Shown: positions 34,563-42,281 of the stretch, one piece after another | How positions within the stretch are numbered: the first letter of the stretch is position 1 | How the letters are laid out: each line of letters starts with the position of its first letter | NCBI GenBank assembly: GCA_041666155.1 | Contig: JBAYHM010000001.1 | Coordinates: 1 to 46,527 of the forward strand | Direction of reading: 5' to 3' | Length of the DNA stretch: 46,527 bases | From: Treponemataceae bacterium | GTDB lineage: Bacteria; Spirochaetota; Spirochaetia; Treponematales; Breznakiellaceae | Position numbers and translations under genes: made by a program | Notes under the pieces: generated by a model | What the model was told of the DNA's origin: nothing | Databases searched by the model: none | Seen by the model: the letters and a program-made list of their open reading frames with translations, nothing else

Positions 34563-34901
34563 AACATTCTGAAAGAAGAGCGCATTTCTCCCAAAATAGC
34601 AGATGTAAAGAAAATAATAGATTTTTACAATAAGACTAAGGCTGTAGCATCGAGATATGTGGTGCATTGTTATCACGGCATATCCCGCTCTGCGGCGGTT
34701 GCTTTGGGATTGTTGTATCTGGCAACTGGATCAGAACAAAAAGCAATCAAACAAATTATGAAACAAAACTCCAAGGTTAATCCGCACAAGGATATTCTTA
34801 AATATTTTGATGAGTTGGTTGGATCAAACTTTTCTGACATGGATAAAGCGATAACTGCCGAAGCGGCGGACGAAAAAACGCTCGCCGCGCTATGCGGTTA
34901 A
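34563..34901 (+). pseudogene. 5'-truncated Cys-based protein tyrosine phosphatase (COG5350-like) fragment
   Basis: The open frame from 34563 reads NILKEERISPKIADVKKIIDFYNKTKAVASRYVVHCYHGISRSAAVALGLL..., with the CX5R(S) P-loop HCYHGISRS. There is no ATG or RBS for the conserved part, and an upstream in-frame stop sits at 34560, exactly where the composition changes. Confidence 0.55.
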
Positions 34902-34913
34902 TATGGAAAGAGT

Positions 34914-35405
34914 TTATATTAATAGGTCATTCAAACACATAATTTTACTGCCTTTACTTTCATAATATCGTATCATTTCGTCAATTTTCCTTTTGTCATA
35001 ACTGGTGACGCAATCTGATAGGACATTAACGCTATAATTTGCTTTGCGTAAATTGTAACAGGTTGATTTAACACAAGCAACAGCATCTGCTCCAGCTATG
35101 TAGAAATCACCTATTTCATTTTTACTGATATAGTCCGTAAATTCTTTACAGCTTAATGCGTTTCCTTTGGATTTTGTAAAAATATTTTTTGATACTATAT
35201 GCAAGTCCGAAGCTAATTCAGACCCATTTGTATTGGGCTTAAAAGTCCTCGTGCCCTCTGAAAGGTTTTCATGCCGTATATAAATAACATGAACAGTATT
35301 ATTGACTGCCCAATCAATAGCCTTATTGATATTGCCAATAACATTCTTGTAATTCTTTGTAATATCATTTTGAATATCGATTATTACTAAAGCCTTTTTC
35401 TGCAT
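34914..35405 (-). CDS. Isochorismatase-family cysteine hydrolase
   Basis: 163 aa with AGGAGG upstream. The catalytic triad context is present: ALVIIDIQND (Asp), FTKSKGNAL (Lys), GADAVACVKST (Cys). Low GC. Confidence 0.8.
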   Translation of the reverse strand: MQKKALVIIDIQNDITKNYKNVIGNINKAIDWAVNNTVHVIYIRHENLSEGTRTFKPNTNGSELASDLHIVSKNIFTKSKGNALSCKEFTDYISKNEIGDFYIAGADAVACVKSTCYNLRKANYSVNVLSDCVTSYDKRKIDEMIRYYESKGSKIMCLNDLLI

Positions 35406-35465
35406 AACGTTTCCTCCTGATAGTATAGATTGCTTTGTTTACTTTGGCAGTATACGTGGTAATTG

Positions 35466-35494
35466 TTGACAACAGTATGGCAACAATCTAAAAT
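35466..35494 (+). promoter_or_regulatory. Sigma70-type promoter of the WYL regulator gene with an embedded inverted repeat
   Basis: TTGACA (35466-35471), 17 nt, then TAAAAT (35489-35494). The inverted repeat ATTGTTG-N12-CAACAAT (35462-35487) overlaps the -35 box and spacer. Confidence 0.6.
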
Positions 35495-35527
35495 GATCAC
35501 AAGAAATTTTTGGCAGGCGGCTATCAG

Positions 35528-36460
35528 ATGAAAGTTGATAGGCTTATTAGCATTATTATGATACTTCTTGATAAAAAACGTATTGGCGCACAAGAGTTAG
35601 CGGATATGTTTGAAGTTTCGCCCCGCACAATCTACCGCGACATAGACACTATCAACTTGGCGGGTATTCCTATTCACTCAACATCGGGAGTGGGCGGCGG
35701 CTTTGAAATCATGCAGAAATACAAGATTGATAAAAATGTTTTTTCGACTGCTGACCTTTCCGCTGTTTTAATGGGGCTTTCCAGTCTTTCCAACATGATA
35801 CGAGGTGATGAACTGGTAAACGCCCTTGCGAAAGTCAAGAGTTTTATCCCCGTCGACAGAGCGAAAGACATTGAATTGAAGATAAATCAAATATTTATAG
35901 ATTTAAGTCCGTGGATAGGCAACAGGAACATACAACCATATTTAGAAATCATCAAAAAAGCTTTACAGGAAAGCAAGCTGCTTTCGTTTGAATATGCAGA
36001 CCGCCACGGAAATAAAACCACACGAACAGCCGAGCCATATCAGCTTGTATTGAAAGGTAGTCATTGGTATTGTCATGGGTATTGCCATAAAAGAAATGAT
36101 TTTCGCTTATTTAAACTATCCCGCACATCAAACCTACAAATACAAGAGGATTTTTTTAAGCCACGAGATTATCAAAAGCGTCAGTTGGATTTTACTGATA
36201 TTTTGGCAACTATGCAAAAACAAATCAAAATTCGTATTCATAAATCCGTCATGGACAATGTACTCGACTATTGCGCTTATGAACACTTCGAGCCGGACGG
36301 TGATGAGCATTACATTGTCAGTTTTCCTTTTATAGAGAACGAATACTACTACAATATTCTTTTCAGTTTTGGGGATAAATGCGAGTGTATAGAGCCGTTA
36401 CATATCCGCACAGAAATTAAGCGTAGAATACATGATATAGCGACCATATACGAAAGTTAA
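35528..36460 (+). CDS. YafY-type transcriptional regulator (N-terminal HTH + WYL domain)
   Basis: MKVDRLISIIMILLDKKRIGAQELADMFEVSPRTIYRDIDTINLAGIPI..., with the WYL region SHWYCHGYCHKRNDFRLFKLSR. Start at ATG 35528, since the track's TTG extension is unsupported. Low GC. Confidence 0.85.
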   Translation: MKVDRLISIIMILLDKKRIGAQELADMFEVSPRTIYRDIDTINLAGIPIHSTSGVGGGFEIMQKYKIDKNVFSTADLSAVLMGLSSLSNMIRGDELVNALAKVKSFIPVDRAKDIELKINQIFIDLSPWIGNRNIQPYLEIIKKALQESKLLSFEYADRHGNKTTRTAEPYQLVLKGSHWYCHGYCHKRNDFRLFKLSRTSNLQIQEDFFKPRDYQKRQLDFTDILATMQKQIKIRIHKSVMDNVLDYCAYEHFEPDGDEHYIVSFPFIENEYYYNILFSFGDKCECIEPLHIRTEIKRRIHDIATIYES

Positions 36461-36691
36461 GAAAAACCGAGAAATGGCAGTGATCAAGCAACTATTCACT
36501 TATGTATACAAAACGTTATGGTATTATAGCGTATATCGATGCATCATCCTTATGTACTACATCATTTTTTTGCCCGAATTTCGTTTGGTGAGGTAATCAA
36601 AGCCGTTTATAGAGATAAGAACACCTAACCGATCAATGGAAACCAGGTTCGCCCCCGGCCAACGGCGCGTCGCCCCTAAGGCGCTCGCTCC

Positions 36692-36712
36692 GGTTCAAGT
36701 CCTGGTGGGCCC
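36692..36712 (+). repeat. Inverted partial copy of the tRNA 3' end (T-loop to acceptor)
   Basis: ggttcaagtcctggtgggccc is the exact reverse complement of 36856-36876, inside the tRNA gene on the opposite strand. It is followed by gctttttt. Confidence 0.8.
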
Positions 36713-36747
36713 GCTTTTTTGTAAGTATAAGGCATACACGCCGCAGA

Positions 36748-36842
36748 TCGGGCTCTGGGCTAGGAGCGATGCCGCGCGGGCGCGGAGCATGCTATTGCAT
36801 GTGAGCACCACGCGCGGCTGAGCGACAACGCCCAGAGCCCGA
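36748..36842. repeat. Long imperfect palindrome/hairpin between the partial tRNA copy and the tRNA gene
   Basis: tcgggctctgggc (36748-36760) pairs perfectly with gcccagagcccga (36830-36842). The inner gccgcgcg (36771-36778) pairs with cgcgcggc (36811-36818). The apical gcatgc-tatt-gcatgt forms a further stem. Confidence 0.7.
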
Positions 36843-36854
36843 GATGCAAGTGTA

Positions 36855-36928
36855 TGGGCCCACCAGGACTTGAACCTGGGACCGACGGATTATGAGTCCG
36901 CAGCTCTAACCAACTGAGCTATAGGCCC
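36855..36928 (-). tRNA. tRNA with CAT anticodon (elongator Met or, more likely, lysidine-modified Ile2)
   Basis: Hand-folded 74-nt cloverleaf: GGGCCTA / GCTC-AGTTGGTTA-GAGC / GCGGA-CTCATAA-TCCGT / CGGTC / CCAGG-TTCAAGT-CCTGG / TGGGCCC-A. No CCA is encoded. C4-G69 and C5-G68 plus the UUCAAGU T-loop resemble E. coli tRNA-Ile2. It is not an initiator: there is no 1:72 mismatch and no GGG/CCC anticodon stem. Confidence 0.9.
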
Positions 36929-37011
36929 GGAGAGACTGCCTTTATCGCACTAGGAAGGGAAAAAGTCAATAAACGACTTAGGCAAGCCGATACCGAAGGA
37001 GAGAGGTCGGG

Positions 37012-38247
37012 ATGAAAAAAATCGTAGCGGCAATCTGTGTGGCGGGATTTTTCGCGATAATTCCGACTAATGTCGGCGCGGAGACGTTTAAGTACTCATA
37101 TCGGAACGGCGAAAAATACCGAATCGTTTCAACGGTAGTTGAGGACGTGTATATAAATCGGAGTCTGAGCCATCGAGCCGAGATCCTGAACCGGATCGCG
37201 GTGGAGGTGACCGGAACCGAAAACGGGACGGCACGGCATCGGGCAACCTTCCAGACCTCCGAACGGTCCACGGGTGTCCGCGGCGCCAGTTTCCAGTGGG
37301 CACGAGAGTACGTATCGATCTTCGATCGGGACGCGTCCGGACGATACACGATCGGCAAAGAATACTGGATGCCGGTGGTCCGAGACGTCCCCATTTTACC
37401 GGAAAAAGACCTTTCGCCGGGAGAATCCTGGAGCGCGGCGGGGGAGGAAGTACATGACTTCCGCGATTCCTTCGGTATAATCGAGCCGTACCACATCCCG
37501 ATCCAAGTCCAATACACCTATGTTGGGGAACGAAAGCCGGGTGTATCAGGGTCTGAAGAGATCAAAAGCAAGAACTTCCCCACTTTTACTGTTTCCTACC
37601 GCATTTTCGACGAACCGCTCCCACCGCAAAGCGGCGGAAAGATCTGGCCGGTCCGCATCATGGGCGCCTCCGATCAGGTGGTGTACTGGGATAGGGAATT
37701 CGGCAGACCCGCGGCCTACGAGGAACGATTCCGTATAATTTTTGAACTTTCCAACGGCCTGACGGTGGAATACCGGGGAACGGCGGAAGCGCTGATAGTA
37801 GAATCGACGCCGATGGACCGGGACAAAATCGCCCAGGATATCGCCAAAGATATAAAACGCCTTGAAATACCGGACGCGGGCGTTCGCGTTACGGACGAGG
37901 GAGTCGTCATCAATCTGGACGACATCCGCTTTCAGCCGGATTCCGCCATCCTCATGCAGGGGGAGCGCGCAAAGCTCGATCAAATCGCCGAGATCCTACA
38001 AAAGTACAAAGAGCGTGATATCCAGGTCGGGGGGCATACGGCTCTGGCGGGAACGGAAGAAGGACGCGCGAAACTGTCGCAGGAACGCGCGGCCGCAGTA
38101 GCCGAATATTTGATCGGCAAAGGCATCCGAGAAGCGGACCGAGTAGTCGTCCGAGGCTACGGCGCGACGAAGCCGGTGGCGGACAATACGACGGAGGAAG
38201 GGAAGAAAAAGAACCGTCGGGTTGAGATTACGCTGCTGGAGAATTGA
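37012..38247 (+). CDS. OmpA-family protein (signal peptide, N-terminal unknown domain, C-terminal OmpA/peptidoglycan-binding domain)
   Basis: 411 aa starting MKKIVAAICVAGFFAIIPTNVGA. The C-terminus reads FQPDSAILMQGERAKLDQIAEIL...GGHTA...LSQERAAAVAEYLI...NRRVEITL. Confidence 0.85.
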   Translation: MKKIVAAICVAGFFAIIPTNVGAETFKYSYRNGEKYRIVSTVVEDVYINRSLSHRAEILNRIAVEVTGTENGTARHRATFQTSERSTGVRGASFQWAREYVSIFDRDASGRYTIGKEYWMPVVRDVPILPEKDLSPGESWSAAGEEVHDFRDSFGIIEPYHIPIQVQYTYVGERKPGVSGSEEIKSKNFPTFTVSYRIFDEPLPPQSGGKIWPVRIMGASDQVVYWDREFGRPAAYEERFRIIFELSNGLTVEYRGTAEALIVESTPMDRDKIAQDIAKDIKRLEIPDAGVRVTDEGVVINLDDIRFQPDSAILMQGERAKLDQIAEILQKYKERDIQVGGHTALAGTEEGRAKLSQERAAAVAEYLIGKGIREADRVVVRGYGATKPVADNTTEEGKKKNRRVEITLLEN

Positions 38248-38266
38248 GATTTCGATCTCGCCTCAA

Positions 38267-38295
38267 TTGACCGGTCGATGAAAACATGGTATGAA
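38267..38295 (+). promoter_or_regulatory. Candidate sigma70-type promoter upstream of prs
   Basis: TTGACC (38267-38272), 17 nt, then TATGAA (38290-38295), about 75 nt before the ATG at 38370. Confidence 0.45.
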
Positions 38296-38369
38296 TTCTT
38301 CGCGGATAGTTCAAAAATTGCGTTGCTTCTTGGAAAATTTGCGAAAACCGTACCGGCCGAGGATTCTAC

Positions 38370-39602
38370 ATGAACTATTCAGAACCGACGCGACTCTCGA
38401 TTCTCGCCTGCCCTGGCGGGGAACGATTTGCCGATGAAGTGATCGCGCATCTTAAACGGATTTACGCGAAACGCTTTGACAAAAAGGCAGCGTTCCTAGC
38501 AAAACGCTACGGGATGGCGAAAGAGGCCATGGTCAAGCAGATCAATTTATATGACGATTTGAGTACTGCTCAAATGGGGCTTCCCGGTCACGTGGAACGT
38601 TTCCGGATGCCCTCCTTCAAGGTTCCCGCCCGATTCACCTCATTTCCGAACGGCGAACTGAAGACGGAAATCCTTGAATCGATACGAGGAAAAGATATAT
38701 ATATTTTCCAGGACGTGGAAAACCACCGCCCGGTTTCGTTCAACGACGGCAAGAACCTAAAAACACTCTCGGTTAACGATCACCTCATGAATCTCTTCGT
38801 CACGGTGGACGCGGCCAAACAAGCCGGCGCCGACCGCGTGACGCTTGTGATACCCGTGTACCCTTATTCGCGCCAACATAAAAAAAAGGGACGTGAAGGC
38901 CTGACGGCCAGCCGCACCGGAAAAATGCTTGAAGCGCTGGGAGTGGACCGGATCATCACTCTTGATATACATTCCCGAGAAATAGAGAACGCTTTCAATT
39001 TCATGCGCCTGGAAAACCTCCACGCCAGTTACCAGATAATCCGAAAACTCGCAAAGATCACTGATCTTGAAAGCCCCGACTTCACGGTCGTATCACCGGA
39101 TACAGGGGCCGTGGATCGGAATAAATTCTACGCGACCAGCCTAAAAAAGCCGCTCGCGCTTCTTTATAAGGAAAGGGACTATTCTCGCGTCACCCAGAAC
39201 GCGCTGGACAACAACATCGCGGAAGTCAAACTTCTGGGAAAGGTTGAAGGCAAAACCGTTTTCATGGCGGACGATATGCTCGGTACCGGCGGAACCCTCC
39301 TCAAGGCGATGAAATTTCTTCGCGAGCAGGGAGCCAAGGATGTCATCTGCGCGATCAGTTTGCCGTTCTTCTCGGGCGAAGCGATCGAACATTTCGAGGA
39401 AGCCTACAAACAAGGCTTGTTCTACCGTATCATTGGAACGAACGCCGTCTACCACGACGACCTTCTTAATCGAGAATGGTACGTTAGCGTCAACGTGTCC
39501 GGTCTCTTCGCTCAGACCATATCGCGCCTCCACCACGGGAAATCGCTCAGCGACGTCCTGGATAACCGCGCGATCATTGAGAAGCTTGTAGCGAAAAAAT
39601 GA
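38370..39602 (+). CDS. prs: Ribose-phosphate pyrophosphokinase family protein, long (410 aa) form
   Basis: It has FPNGELKTEILESIRGKDIYIFQD, VIPVYPYSRQHKK, ITLDIHS, and the PRPP-binding loop VFMADDMLGTGGTL. A ~60-aa insertion near the N-terminus and YSRQHKK in place of the canonical YARQDR(K) distinguish it from classical Prs. Confidence 0.7.
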   Translation: MNYSEPTRLSILACPGGERFADEVIAHLKRIYAKRFDKKAAFLAKRYGMAKEAMVKQINLYDDLSTAQMGLPGHVERFRMPSFKVPARFTSFPNGELKTEILESIRGKDIYIFQDVENHRPVSFNDGKNLKTLSVNDHLMNLFVTVDAAKQAGADRVTLVIPVYPYSRQHKKKGREGLTASRTGKMLEALGVDRIITLDIHSREIENAFNFMRLENLHASYQIIRKLAKITDLESPDFTVVSPDTGAVDRNKFYATSLKKPLALLYKERDYSRVTQNALDNNIAEVKLLGKVEGKTVFMADDMLGTGGTLLKAMKFLREQGAKDVICAISLPFFSGEAIEHFEEAYKQGLFYRIIGTNAVYHDDLLNREWYVSVNVSGLFAQTISRLHHGKSLSDVLDNRAIIEKLVAKK

Positions 39603-41074
39603 ACGGTATCCGCGCGGACCGCGTGATCCTCTGCGCGGACATCGGTACTTCTTCCCTCAAAGCGGCTTTCGTAGACTACGAAGGCAAGCTCCGAGGCTTT
39701 GTTCGCGAAACCTACCCCGCCGAACGTGTCGTAGCCGGCAAAACGACCTCCACCGATTGGGAAAACGCCTTCAAACGAGCCATCTCGGTCCTGTTAAGCG
39801 CGACGAGCGATAACCGCATTGAAATCGGGGCCATCTGCGTCTCGGGCAACGGCCCAACGCTCGTACCCGTTGATGTCGACGGACAAGCGCTCGCGCCGCT
39901 CCACTGGCACGACGGTCGCATCGTCAAACCCGCCGATCCCGGCCTCCGATCTTTTTTCCTGCCACGCGCCGCATGGCTTCGGGACCACGAGGGTGCGGCG
40001 TACGAACGGACCAGGCTTTTTCTCTCTTGCCAGGAATGGCTGTCCGCGCGGCTCGGAGCCGAGGCGGTGGGCGTTCTTTCGTCTTCCGCCTATCGCCCGT
40101 ATTTCTGGGATGACGCGCAGATCCGCGCCTTCGGTTTGGAGCCGGAAAAATTCCCGCCGCTGGTTCTGATGGGGGAACGCATCGGAGCGGTGTCGAAAAC
40201 GGCGGAAGCAACCTTTGGGATTCCCTCCGGAACCCCCATCGTCGCGGCGGGAACCGACTACTTCATGGCCCTTGTCGGCGTCGGAGTTATTGAAAACGGC
40301 ATGGTCTGCGACCGCGCGGGGACTTCGGAAGGCATCAACGTCTGCGCCGACAAGCCGGCGAAGGGTACAGAGCTGTTGACTCTGCCGCAGCTGCGGCCAC
40401 AGTTGTGGCACGTGAGCGCGTCGCTGCCCACGACCGGACGGCTCTTTGAATGGTTCCGAACGATCACCGGCCAGACCGGCCGCAACTACCAGGAAATGCT
40501 TGAGGAGATAGAGGCGGCATCGAGCCGGACCTTCGCGCGGCCGGTGTACGGCGCCACCGAGCCGCAGAGCTGCCTTGATACCGCGAACGACCGAAAGCCG
40601 GCGTGCGGAGGCTTTTTCTTCCCCGACGTTCGCGCCGCGGGCAACCTTTCGGCCTCCAGCGCTTTTATATCCACCGCGGGACTCACCACCCGAGCGGAAC
40701 TTGGTCGCGCCGTCGTGGAAGCCATCGGCTATATGGTCCGCGGCGCCATCGATAAATTGGAGAAACACGGATACCGCGTTGAGAGCATGCGTCTTTCCGG
40801 CGGCCAAGCGAAGAACGCGGCCTGGAATCGTCTCAAGGCGGATATCACCGGACGCTACCTGGCCATTCCGGAGATCGAGGACGGGGAGCTGACCGGAAAT
40901 CTTTGCGCCTCCCTCTACGCGCTCGGAGAAAGCCGCAGCGTCGAAGACGCCGTGTCCCGCACGGTCCGTATCGCGCGCGTCTACGAACCCGACCAAAAAG
41001 CTTTCGCTATCCATTCCGAACGCTACGATTCCTATAAGACGATGCTCGCTAAAATGGAGCGCTTTTTCGAATGA
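39599..41074 (+). CDS. FGGY-family carbohydrate kinase (xylulokinase/glycerol kinase-like)
   Basis: 491 aa with an ATGA overlap with prs. The N-terminus reads ILCADIGTSSLKAAFVD, with later GAICVSGNGPTLVPVD and SGGQAKNAAWNRLKADITG. Confidence 0.8.
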   Translation: MNGIRADRVILCADIGTSSLKAAFVDYEGKLRGFVRETYPAERVVAGKTTSTDWENAFKRAISVLLSATSDNRIEIGAICVSGNGPTLVPVDVDGQALAPLHWHDGRIVKPADPGLRSFFLPRAAWLRDHEGAAYERTRLFLSCQEWLSARLGAEAVGVLSSSAYRPYFWDDAQIRAFGLEPEKFPPLVLMGERIGAVSKTAEATFGIPSGTPIVAAGTDYFMALVGVGVIENGMVCDRAGTSEGINVCADKPAKGTELLTLPQLRPQLWHVSASLPTTGRLFEWFRTITGQTGRNYQEMLEEIEAASSRTFARPVYGATEPQSCLDTANDRKPACGGFFFPDVRAAGNLSASSAFISTAGLTTRAELGRAVVEAIGYMVRGAIDKLEKHGYRVESMRLSGGQAKNAAWNRLKADITGRYLAIPEIEDGELTGNLCASLYALGESRSVEDAVSRTVRIARVYEPDQKAFAIHSERYDSYKTMLAKMERFFE

Positions 41075-41727
41075 CCGTGTTCGCCCTCCCGGAAAAAATC
41101 GAAGCGCTTATTTTCGATGTCGATTCCACGCTTTATACCTGCCCCGCCTACGCGAACGCGCAAATCAGAGGTCAGATTGAGCGCTTGGCGACGGTCAAAA
41201 GCGTTTCATTTGAATCGATGGAAGCCGAAATCCTGGAACGCCGCGCGCGCTGGGCGGCCGAACATGACGGCCAAAAACTGAGTCTGGGGAATCTCTTCGT
41301 GACGTACGGAATCCCCATTGAGGAAAGCGTCCGTTGGAGGGAAGAGCTCATCAAACCTGAGGATTATATCGATGCCGATCCGCGCCTCCGCGCGGTTTTG
41401 TCCGCGGTCCAAGCGCGGGTATGCATCGGCGTCGTGACAAATAATCCCGAGAAGATCGGGCGCCGCACCCTTGCGGCTCTCGGCGTTGAAGACTTGTTTT
41501 CGGTCGTCGTCGGGCTTGACGTCTGCGGCGTATCAAAACCCCACAAGGAACCATTCCGTCGCGCGGCGGCAAGCCTTGAGGCAAAGCTGGAGCATTGCGT
41601 TTCCGTAGGTGACCGTTACGATATCGATATCGCCCTACCCTTGGAACTCGGGATGGGCGGCGTGCTCGTGGACGGCGTGGAAGACGTGTACCGACTCCCT
41701 GAAATCCTTTCTTTCAAGCGACCTTGA
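41071..41727 (+). CDS. HAD-superfamily hydrolase (phosphatase)
   Basis: 218 aa with an ATGA overlap with the kinase gene. It has HAD motif I LIFDVDSTLY, motif II VVTNN, and the Lys/Asp motifs KPHKEPF...VGDRYDIDI. Confidence 0.8.
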   Translation: MTVFALPEKIEALIFDVDSTLYTCPAYANAQIRGQIERLATVKSVSFESMEAEILERRARWAAEHDGQKLSLGNLFVTYGIPIEESVRWREELIKPEDYIDADPRLRAVLSAVQARVCIGVVTNNPEKIGRRTLAALGVEDLFSVVVGLDVCGVSKPHKEPFRRAAASLEAKLEHCVSVGDRYDIDIALPLELGMGGVLVDGVEDVYRLPEILSFKRP

Positions 41728-42181
41728 TCGGGTAGTAAATGTCGGTCACCATAATCGGGAGGAACGTAATAAAGCCGAAGAGCGGTCCTTTTACGTACAC
41801 TTCGCGGGGCGGTCCGCTCATTTCAAGGCCTTTTGCCGCTAACTCGTCACCGAGGGCTTTGTACGCCGCGTCAAACCGGCTGTAGCTGCCTTTAAGCCGC
41901 AGTTTCAGACAGGGATCGCCGCCGTAATCGACCAGTTTATCGAGTTCGGCAGGATCGCCCGCAACCGGCAGGAACATTTCAAAGTCAACCTTCTGCGGAT
42001 CAGTCGGCTTTTCATAGTACACGGTGAACAAGGGTCCGGCCGGAGTTAAGTTTCGGCTTTTCGCCAATCGATACAGCGCGCCGATATGCTTACCCATCGA
42101 GTACAGAGAATCGCGCGTCCGTACGGAGATGACTTCGTATTCGGGGAAATCCTCCCGCGTAATCCGGAACGGTTCGTTCAT
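41714..42181 (-). CDS. GyrI-like small-molecule-binding domain protein
   Basis: 155 aa from ATG 42181 (AGGAGGAGG upstream): MNEPFRITREDFPEYEVISVRTRD...GPLFTVYYEKPTDP...LRLKGSYSRFDAAYKALGDELAAKGLEMSGPPREVY. The upstream 270 codons of the track ORF are an antisense shadow of the lipid kinase gene. Confidence 0.6.
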   Translation of the reverse strand: MNEPFRITREDFPEYEVISVRTRDSLYSMGKHIGALYRLAKSRNLTPAGPLFTVYYEKPTDPQKVDFEMFLPVAGDPAELDKLVDYGGDPCLKLRLKGSYSRFDAAYKALGDELAAKGLEMSGPPREVYVKGPLFGFITFLPIMVTDIYYPIKVA

Positions 42182-42281
42182 GATGGTGTCCTCCTCCTTT
42201 TTATTATCGTGTATCGCAGCCTCGGATACCAGAAAACCATCTATTGACGGTTTCTCGACTTCCATGCGACCCTTTCCGACC

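Noticed and set aside
36474-36596. 40-codon hydrophobic mini-ORF (MAVIKQLFTYVYKTLWYYSVYRCIILMYYIIFLPEFRLVR) downstream of the WYL gene; it could be a type I toxin-like peptide.
   Set aside because: It has no credible RBS. AT-rich DNA readily yields such Ile/Tyr/Leu-rich frames, and there is no paired antisense promoter or terminator evidence.
36600-36720. Possible second complete tRNA or tmRNA 3' domain on the plus strand.
   Set aside because: Only the T-arm/acceptor 3' half is present. No matching 5' acceptor strand (gggccca/gggccta) or D/anticodon arms can be folded upstream.
36636-36821. 61-aa ORF spanning the partial tRNA copy and hairpin.
   Set aside because: It runs through palindromic repeat sequence, has no RBS, and translates to an Ala/Arg/Pro-rich product. 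The structure explains the sequence better than coding does.
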